NCBI GenBank assembly: GCA_964016885.1
Contig: OZ024745.1
Span: 123,070,001-123,134,000 of the forward strand
Reading direction: 5' to 3'
DNA from: Eledone cirrhosa
Lineage: Eukaryota
DNA length: 64,000 nt
In this document: in pieces, positions 54,600 to 64,000 of the stretch
How positions within the stretch are numbered: position 1 is the first letter of the stretch
Layout of the letters: every line of letters begins with the position of its first letter
The notes under the pieces: model-generated
Databases searched by the model: none
Told to the model about the DNA's origin: nothing
Seen by the model: the letters and a program-made list of their open reading frames with translations, nothing else
Made by a program: the position numbers and the translations under genes

Positions 54600-55153
54600 A
54601 GTTGGTTCTAATATTAAATTCTAATTTAGGCATAAGGGCTATCAAATATTTTGTAGGGGAGAAGAGAAAGTCAATTAAATTGACCCCTGTATTTCACTGA
54701 TTCTTTATTTTATCAACCTTGGAATGATGAGAGGTATAGGTAACGTGGATAGGATTTGAACTCACAATGTAAAGAGCAATGACTAAACACTGCAAGACAT
54801 TTTGTCTCATGCTCAAATGATTCTAACAATTCACCACCCAATAAAAATCATAATAATAATTATTTCTTATATAGGCACAAGGCCAGAAATCTTTTGGGGG
54901 GAAGGGAAAGTCGATTAAATCGACCCCAGTACATTACTGGTGCTTATTTTATCGACCCCGTAAGGATGAAAGGCAAAGTTGACCTCGGGATTTGAACTCA
55001 GATCATTACTGGTACTTTATTTTATCTACCGCGTAAGGATGAAAGGCAAAGTTGACCTTGGCGGGATTTTAACTCAGACCGCAAGGGGCCATAACTCTAT
55101 GCTACAAAGCATGGTGTCGTCAAACGCTCTACCAATTCTACCAATCCACTGCC
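54600..55153 (-). mobile_element. Family-B SINE cluster
   Basis: Matches other B copies. Confidence 0.8.
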
Positions 55154-55379
55154 TATAATGATGATGATGATGATGATAATGATACAAATAATGATAATAA
55201 CAACAATAACATCAAGTGAAATTGAAATCTACATCAAATAAATAACTGCAAGTAAAATCTTATACATCTGAAGTTTATATGACACACCTACCAAATTATA
55301 CAAACGAGAGATTTATACTCATTCTTATAATAGGCTATTCATTTATATCTGACTGAATGAGTGCAAGTGTGTGTGTATG

Positions 55380-55423
<44 letters not shown>

Positions 55424-55516
55424 TATGCATATATATATACTTGTAGATATGTATATGTATATATATGTATATGTATATATACATACACATATATATATAT
55501 ATATATATATAGATGT

Positions 55517-55577
<61 letters not shown>

Positions 55578-55706
55578 GAAGTTCTATTTAAATTGTTGGG
55601 ATACAACAAGCAAATATTTTTATAACTGATATAAAGCACTCAACAAATTATTAAAGTAAAAATACGATATATTAACAAATGGAAACTATATTTATAAAAC
55701 CATATT

Positions 55707-55771
55707 TATTTCATTATACATATTTCAAGGACACCAAGTTAAATTATGGTGTGCTTTCATCAGATAAAATA
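55707..55771 (-). ncRNA. Minimal type-I hammerhead ribozyme (intact core)
   Basis: TATTTTAT-CTGATGA-AAGCACACCA...TGGTGTCCTT-GAAA-TATGTA-TA|ATGAAATA. Confidence 0.8.
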
Positions 55772-56014
55772 TAATATAGATCAGTTTTATAAATAAATAT
55801 TGACATACCCTTAAAAGAATGCGACCATTTCTGTTGGAAGCTCCCGGATATTTTATTATATGTATAATAAAATATATGGAACTCTTATAACCATCTTTAT
55901 TTCATCTTTATATATACTCCAGTTCTACCAACTGTTGAGTGCTACTTATCTGATATATGCATAGTTTTATTGCTCTACCATATTACTCACCTTCTATATA
56001 TATATATGTGTGTG

Positions 56015-56096
<82 letters not shown>

Positions 56097-56100
<4 letters not shown>

Positions 56101-56643
56101 ATACTTTGGGAGGGTCATGTTGCCAATAAGAAACACACGCACCAGTTGTTTTCACTTCAATTTATTATAAATTAAATTTATAAATTTAGGAATTTATAAA
56201 TTTCCGGTTGGTTGGTTGGTTCCACAACCAGACGATTGTTCATATATTGTCAAAGTTCTTTCGTCACACATTCTGTGACCTCTTCAGTGACTGGGATTCT
56301 TTTCTTTGTTTTTGTGCCTCTCCTTTGTTCTGTCCTACGCCATCTTGTTTTTGTGTGTGTTGACAGAATAAAGGAGAGGCACAAAAACAAAGAAAAGAAT
56401 CCCCAGTCACTGAAGAGGTCACAGAATGTGTGACGAAAGAACTTTGACAATATATGAACAATCGTCTGGTTGTGAACCAACCAACCAACCAACCGGAAAT
56501 TTATAAATTTAATTTATAATAAATTGAAGTGAAAGTAACTGGTGCGTGTGTTTCTTATTGGCAACATGACCCTCCCAAAGCATAACAATATCGGTTTCAA
56601 CACACGTTTTCAGATAAAGAATCTTGCTAAACAAATCCAGAAA

Positions 56644-56646
<3 letters not shown>
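56097..56646. mobile_element. Family-H fold-back element (~230-bp arms) with hammerheads at 56249-56291 (-) and 56406-56448 (+)
   Basis: Inverted arms flanked by (TA)n; GTCA-CTGAAGA-G-GTCACA...TGTGAC-GAAA-GAAC-TT|TGAC in each arm. Confidence 0.8.
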
Positions 56647-56732
<86 letters not shown>

Positions 56733-56924
56733 AAGAGAGAGATTCATACAAATGTACAAACATTCAAACATACATATATCAATCACAGACAGTCATTGAA
56801 ATATATATTTACATGATATTTCTTAGAACAACAATCATGTTCAGAAGTGACAGTGAAATAAGTATAGAAAAGTCTGTTTACTGTTCTCTTTACTGTTACT
56901 ACTGAAATCTTTGAAATAAACATT

Positions 56925-57430
56925 GGCGATGGTGGCGCTAGTAGTGTGATGGTGGCGATGGTGGCGCTAGTAGCGTGATGGTGGCGCTAGTAGTGTGATG
57001 GTGGCGATAGTAGTGTGATGGTGGCGATGGTGGCGCTAGTAGTGTAATGGTGGCGATGGTGGCGCTAGTAGCGTGATGGTGGCGCTAGTAGTGTGATGGT
57101 GGCGATAGTAGTGTGATGGTGGCGATAGTAGTGTGATGGTGGCGATAGTAGTGTGATGGTGGCGCTAGTAGTGTAATGGTGGTGATGGTGGAGCTAGTAG
57201 TGTGATGGTGGTGATGGTAGCGCTAGTAGTGTGATGGTGGCGATGGTGGAGCTAGTAGTGTGATGGTGGCGATGGTGGAGCTAGTAGTGTGATGGTGGCG
57301 ATGGTGGCGCTAGTAGTGTGATGGTGGCGATGGTGGAGCTAGTAGTGTGATGGTGGCTATGGAGTAGCTAGTAGTGTGATGGTGGTGATGGTGGCTATGG
57401 AGTAGCTAGTAGTGTGATGGTGGCGATGGG
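56925..57430. repeat. Minisatellite of 9-bp modules (GGTGGCGAT/GGTGGCGCT/AGTAGTGTGAT)
   Basis: Direct reading. Confidence 0.92.
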
Positions 57431-57987
57431 GTAGAATGGTAGAATGTATGCTTTCCAGACCAAGAAAGCTTACACACACACACACGACAGCAGGCACCTG
57501 TAGTGCTATGATCAAATAAGCACACCTGTAGCATACAAGTGAAGTAATATCGTTGGACCTCCACCAGTTCGAACGATGAGTGTTCTATTCTTTGACCAAT
57601 AAAACAAAACTGCCTATAAAAAGAATGTGCAAGTAGTGGAGCATTTCTTTAGACACAACTACCCCCATAACTTAATTCGCAGGGAGATTCAGCACAACAC
57701 AGTATGTGACAAAGCTGGTCCTTTGAATTACAGATGCAACTCATTTTTTTTTTTTTTTTACTACGTCCAGTTAATTAAACTGTAGCAAGATGAAGTAAAG
57801 TGTCGAGCTATAGGACTCAACGCACCACTGAATATCCGAATTGAACACATAACCTTACAATCCTGAGCTAAACAAGCTAACCATTAACCCATGTACTTTT
57901 ACAATTCAATGTATTATAGTAATTATTAACTTAGATTCAATAGCAAGCAAATGAAGTTGAATCATGATGAGAGTAATAAGAAATTAA

Positions 57988-58340
57988 ATGTATTGAGTCG
58001 TCAAGTATGAAATTTGTAGAAAAAAAAACATATGACCATGTCTCTACACATTTCATGCTTGACGACCCAATAAAATATAAATATAAAATTCTATAGTGAT
58101 ATGTATTGAGTCAAGTATGAAATTTGTAAAAAAAAAAACATGACCATATGCCTCCTACAAATTTCATACTTGACGACCACATATAAAATAAATATAACAC
58201 TCTATAGTGATATCAGCGAAATGTATTGAGTCGTCAAGTATGAAATTTGTAGAAAAAAACATGACCATATGCCTCCTACAAATTTCATACTTGACGACCA
58301 TATATAATATAATAACATTCTATAGTGATATCAGTGATAT
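57988..58340. repeat. Three tandem ~115-bp units, each a long hairpin
   Basis: GTCGTCAAGTATGAAATTTGTAG...CTACAAATTTCATACTTGACGAC. Confidence 0.88.
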
Positions 58341-58542
58341 CAGTAAACTATAAATAATAACTGTATGACATACAAATAGGATCATGATTTATAACAGGAA
58401 ATATTATTTTTGCTAAATTTAGCAGAGATGGTGAAACAAATCAAATACTAATTATTATTCTTTTCCTTCTTTCTCATTTTAATTAATCAGTAAATAAAAG
58501 TATATCTTCATAAACCTACTCACACACTGACACACATATGTG

Positions 58543-58620
<78 letters not shown>

Positions 58621-58730
58621 TATATATATATACACATATAAAATCTAAATACATATAGATAGTTTTATAAATTACACACACACAGATATGTATATATTCA
58701 TATATGTGCCCCTGTGTGTGTGTGTATATA

Positions 58731-58807
<77 letters not shown>

Positions 58808-59004
58808 ATATATATATATGTATAGATATATATGTGTATATATATATATATATATGTATGTATATAAATATGTATATATATGTGTATATATATATATATA
58901 TACATATTTATATACATATATATATACATATATCTATTCATAAATACATATTTTTTTGGTATTGTATGAACATAAATACACACACACACACACATGCACG
59001 CACG

Positions 59005-59036
<32 letters not shown>

Positions 59037-59492
59037 CATAATGACTTAACTAAGCAACACTTAAATGACACCATAATCTTGTTTAAACAAGATACTCTCA
59101 AACAATCTCATTGTAAGAATGAGCAGCAACAAAACTAGGGCTATAGAGAATGTAAAACAATGAATCCTAAATTATTCCATAAATTTGTAAAAATCAGTTT
59201 GGGTACATTACAAGTTTTCCCATTTTTCCACGAAAAAACCTCATTGACTGCAGTCCCTTAAAGTATTTTCTCTTCCTCAATAGAACACATGAAATGATGA
59301 GGTCTTTAACATTATAAATCTACATAGGTGATGCAGCAATCATTGATTATATTGACCTATAGTAGGAAGATATAATATCAGCCATAGATAAAATGAGCAT
59401 GAATTCAGCATCAGGGTCTGATTGGTTCTCAGTGATTCTTCTAAAAGTGTGTAAATGGGTTTAAGCAAAGCTCCTGTACATCTTTTACTTAA

Positions 59493-59745
59493 TGGTTAAA
59501 GGAAGATATAATATGTCCTATCCATTAAGGAGAAAGCAGAGCAGATGTTACCTTAAGTAACAGTAAAATCATGGAATAGGTAAAGGAAGATATGATATGC
59601 TCTATCCATAAAGGAGAAAGCAGAGCAGATGATACCTTAAGTAACAGTAAAATCATGGAATAGGTAAAGGAAGATATGATATGTCCTATCCATAAAGGAG
59701 AAAGCAGAGCAGATGTTACCTTAAATAATAGTAAAATCATGGAAT
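59493..59745. repeat. 87-bp tandem repeat x~3
   Basis: GGT(T/A)AAGGAAGATAT(A/G)ATATG...AAAATCATGGAAT. Confidence 0.88.
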
Positions 59746-59749
59746 GATT

Positions 59750-60700
59750 ATCAGAAGGATAACATTCAGACTTACAACTGGGTGTTAAAATAGTTCTTCA
59801 ACCATCTAAAGATGGATGCAGTAAATCTTGTCTTCGCGAAAGCCTTTGATAAATCTGATCATGAAATTATACGACATAAAATTATGCATTTTGTGTCATA
59901 GTTAGAAAATTATTAGAGTGGCTGCATAATTTTTTACAAGGTAGAAATCAGAGAGTTGTAACAAATGAAGGTCTCTCAAGGGAAGTATTAATGATAAGTG
60001 ACATCCCTCAGGGAACTGTTTTATAGACATTGCTATTCATAATGGTTCTCTCAGACATGCACTAATGCTGTATAGATTGCCACTCTCAATAGCTACGCTG
60101 ATGATAAGAAAGTATCATAGGGTATCTAGAACCTTAATGATGTTACTTAACTAGAGCAAGACCTAAATATACTATACAAGTAAGCTAAAGACAGAAATAT
60201 GTAATTTTAACCCTTTAGCATTTAAACCAGCCATATCTGGCCATAATTCTCTCATTTCTTTCTGTCCAAACTGGTCATAACAGGCCACTCATACTTATGT
60301 TAAGGTATTTTTCTCAAACTAAATAATATCAAAATCTTGTAGATTCGATATTATGTGATAATTATGTGAGGTAAAGCCTTTACTGTGAAAATATAACAAC
60401 ATATATAGAGTAATGTAAATGCTAAAGATTTAATGCTTGAAAATTTCAAGTCCTCTGTTCTCAGCCTCTAAATTCTAACAGACTGCAGCCAAGCTACAGA
60501 AAACCAAAAGAGATTGAAATACCTGGGTGACCTGGGGATCAATATGATTAATGATGTGTCGTTTCAGGTGTATACTACTAAGATGATTACAATGCACATA
60601 TGACTGGCCAGATGGATTCTGAGGTCATTCCGATTGAAAGACCTGAGAACTCTGATGGTCTTATCAAAGATAGTCATTTTTTGTTGTTTAACATTACATG
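59750..60700 (+). mobile_element. Degenerate CR1-clade reverse transcriptase fragment interrupted by a family-M MITE (60211-60429)
   Basis: 'FAKAFDKSDHEI', 'WLHNFLQGRNQRVV', 'SDIPQGTVL', 'YADDKK', 'QDLNILY', 'DLGI', 'WILRSF' with stops. Confidence 0.85.
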
Positions 60701-60765
60701 GTGCCAAAGACCTAAATCTCCGTGACTAGAGTAGAAACCAGATAATGCAATAGTTTAGTGTTTAA

Positions 60766-60984
60766 CCCTTTAGTATTTACATTACTTTATATATACTATT
60801 GTATTTTCACAGCAAAGGCTTTACTTTACATAATTATCACATAATATCAAATCTATGAAATTTTGATATTATTCATTTTGAGAACAATACCTTAACATAA
60901 GTATAAGCAACCAGTTATGGCCTGTTTAAGCAGAAAGAGGTGAGAGAATTCTGGCTGGATATAGCCAGTTTAAATGCTTAAGGG
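60766..60984. mobile_element. Family-M TTAA MITE
   Basis: TIRs as in other M copies. Confidence 0.85.
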
Positions 60985-61298
60985 CTAAAGACCTACAGCC
61001 CTTCAATATATTGCTGAACACATTAAGAAGTATAGAGGTAATGAATGTATCTTCAAGAAGCAATGAACATTCTATTATCTGAGATTCCAGAGGAGATAAT
61101 ATTACAACAAAAAACAAATGATGAAAGCAGAATCAAACTTCTTCATTTATCAAAATTCAATCAGAGAAAGAAGGTTATAGAGAGTGTAGTAACAGTGGCA
61201 ATAGCAGTGCCCCAGCATGGCCACATCGCATCAGTTGAAACAGATAAAAGAGAAGAGCATATATATATATATATATATTCATATATGTACGCATATAC

Positions 61299-61343
<45 letters not shown>

Positions 61344-61394
61344 CATATATGTACGCATATACATATATATATATATATATTCATATATGTATGC

Positions 61395-61437
<43 letters not shown>

Positions 61438-62015
61438 CACAGACACACACACAAACACACACACACACACCACACATATATATATTAATACACATATTTG
61501 ATTTTTGTGTGTGTGCAAGTATATGTTAAGAATTGTTATGATTGAAATAACAAGAAATAAAAATTAGCAGCTAGCTTCTCACATGAAATATATTGATAAC
61601 AAAAAAATTAAGCATTGCTGAAGGTATTTTTCATTTACAGGTAAGACATATCAGACATAAGAACAAAATAGCAAAGAAACAAAACCAAAATATATTAGAT
61701 AATGATAGAATAAACTTGATAAGAAGAAAGCATAAAAATTTATAGGTTTTTGTGTAAACAGGTATTTTTTTAAATCTATTTTTTTTTTTTTACTTTCTCT
61801 TTCAAAGGGCGGGCTGTATATTTTTCTTTATTTTTTTTTTCTTTATTTTTTTTTTGTTTTGTCATTTCTGAAAGATTTAATACCATGGGCCTTTAACTCG
61901 CGATGGAGTTGTTAGGGACTCTGTTGGGACTTGGGCTTTTTTGAAACCTGCCAGAGCCCATCCTTTTCCGAGTTTGAACACAGCCAATTTCTTCCAGAGA
62001 AATAGAGTAAGAGAA

Positions 62016-62109
<94 letters not shown>

Positions 62110-62973
62110 GTAAGAGCAAGATATAGAGGGAAAAAATTGACCCCAGTATTAAAACTGGTACTTTATTTATCAACTTGGAATGGATGAAAGGCAAAGTTGG
62201 CCTGAGTGAGATTTGAACTGAGTGGAAAAGACCAGAGCAAATAGTGCAAAGCATTCTAACTCTACTACTTCTCCTCTTTAACTTTAATAGACTCCAAACC
62301 TTTTAAGCAAAGGTATGCATATATTTCAAACATACATTGAATGAATATATATACACACTATACACACTATACGCACACAAGAGACATATACTGTCAAGAT
62401 TAATTAGAATTATATTAAATATGATTTTTTTAAATATATCATAAAATCGTTTTTTTTTTTCTTTTTCTCTTTATGCATGACTTTTTAAAAAATATCTTTT
62501 CTTTTTTAGAGTTTTCTTAATTCATTCTCAATTTAAATCTTAGAATGGTGATAATATTAAAAATGGTAATAATAATAATAATTGTTATAAATATATAAAT
62601 AAATAAATAAATAAATAAATATTAAAAATTGGCAAATTCAAAGAAGAAGAAGAAGAAGAAGAAGAAGAAGAAGAAGAAGAAGAATTAAGAAATAAATGAG
62701 ATTATTTACAGGTAAACGGAATAAGGAAAAGTATAGATTGTAAAAGGTAAGAATAAAAATAAAGATTTTGCTGAATTTCTTGGGGCAGAAATTTGGTAAA
62801 TTGAAAGTAAGAGTACTAAGAGAGATTTTAAGAAGCATAGGGATTTAAAAAAAAAAAAAAAATTTTTTTAAAATAAAATATATGAATAAATGGAAAGAAA
62901 GTGATAAAAGTAATTAGAGTAATAATAATAATAAAGGTGATAATAATAATAATAATAATAATGGTAATCACAC

Positions 62974-63240
62974 CTGTTTCTCATCCTTGGTTTTGTTGCT
63001 TGTAGTTACTACTGCTCGATCACAATAGCTCCCTTCCAACAGGGCCACTCCTGACGGCCGGCTTGCAGAATCATTCTCATAGTAAAACAGGAAATTCTGG
63101 TAAAGTATGAACCACCTGAGCTGCCACTTGCCTGTGTCAGAACTTTTCTTGTACAGGTAACCACACAGAGTGTTCTCCTGGCGAGCCTTTTGGGCCAAAT
63201 ATAAAATTTGGCTCTCATTGAAACGAATTGCTTTTTGCAT
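62974..63240 (-). CDS. RASGRF1: Ras guanine nucleotide-releasing factor (Ras-GRF) first coding exon, N-terminal PH domain (89 codons)
   Basis: MQKAIRFNESQILYLAQKARQENTLCGYLYKKSSDTGKWQLRWFILYQNFLFYYENDSASRPSGVALLEGSYCDR...KDEKQ closely matches the vertebrate RASGRF1/2 N-terminus. ATG at 63240, phase-0 donor CAG|GTGTGA. Probably a single invertebrate co-orthologue of RASGRF1/2. Confidence 0.93.
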
Positions 63241-63310
63241 TGTCGAATTTTTATATATGTTTGGTGGTTTTATTCCCCAAGACACGGGAGTTGTTAGTTG
63301 AAGTATATGC

Positions 63311-63342
63311 TGTAGTAGTAGTAGTAGTAGTAATAGTAGTAA

Positions 63343-63412
<70 letters not shown>

Positions 63413-64000
63413 TTTGGTGGTGGTGATGATGGTGGTGGTGGTGGTTTTGGGGGTTGGCAGTGGAGATGATGATGATGGTGGTGGTGGTAGTGGTGGTGGT
63501 GTTGGTTGTGGTGGTGGTAGTGTTGGTATTGGTGGTGGTGGTGAGGGCGGTGGTGGTATTAGTGGTGGCTAATGCTATAGTGGTGATGGAAAGTGTCGGT
63601 GATAAAGCTGGTGGTAGTGATGGTGTTGGTGTAAGTGGTGGTGGTGAAGTTGGCGTTGGAGGTGCTTGTTGGTGGTAGTTGCCGTCGTCGCCGCCACCGT
63701 CGTGTTAATTGCAGCAGTGGTATTGGTGATGATGGTGGTGGTGGTGGTGGCGGTGGCGGTAAATCTAAGTCTGAAGAAGCTGAACAACAACATTAACAAC
63801 AACAACAACAACAACAAATGGTCAATGACTTTTGTTCGACGGCAGCGACGACGGCGGTGGTGGTGGTGGTGGTGGTGATGGTGATGATGGCTATTGGACT
63901 GATAATGAACTTGATGATGATAAGTGACGATGATGGTGGTAGTAGTGAAAGTGGTGATTGATGGTGGTGGTGGTGGTGGTGGTGGTGGTGGTGGTGGTGG
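63311..64000. repeat. (TAG)n/(TGG)n low-complexity tract upstream of the RasGRF start
   Basis: Direct reading. Confidence 0.9.

Noticed and set aside
63241-63285. N-terminal extension of RasGRF in the ORF track
   Set aside because: Depends on a non-ATG start; homology begins at MQKAIR (63240)

Overview
AT-rich, microsatellite-saturated eukaryotic DNA, very probably an octopus/coleoid cephalopod genome (inferred from repeat make-up). The only host coding sequence is the first coding exon of a Ras-GRF (RASGRF1/2) orthologue on the minus strand (63240-62974; N-terminal PH domain, GT donor). I found no exon 2, so the other ~63 kb is most likely RasGRF intron 1. It holds fragments of Tx1/L1, RTE, CR1 and Penelope-like (GIY-YIG) retroelements, two tRNA-derived SINE groups, TTAA piggyBac-type and hAT MITEs, a non-autonomous Helitron and minisatellites. 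Nearly all ORF-track entries are microsatellite artefacts. The most striking hidden signal is about 15 minimal type-I hammerhead ribozyme motifs (CUGANGA-stem II-GAAA-short, often palindromic stem III-UH) from several families. They sit in short fold-back elements embedded in (TA)n, show covarying stems, and six near-intact copies lie in the sense of the RasGRF pre-mRNA. All structures were folded by eye and no activity is demonstrated.
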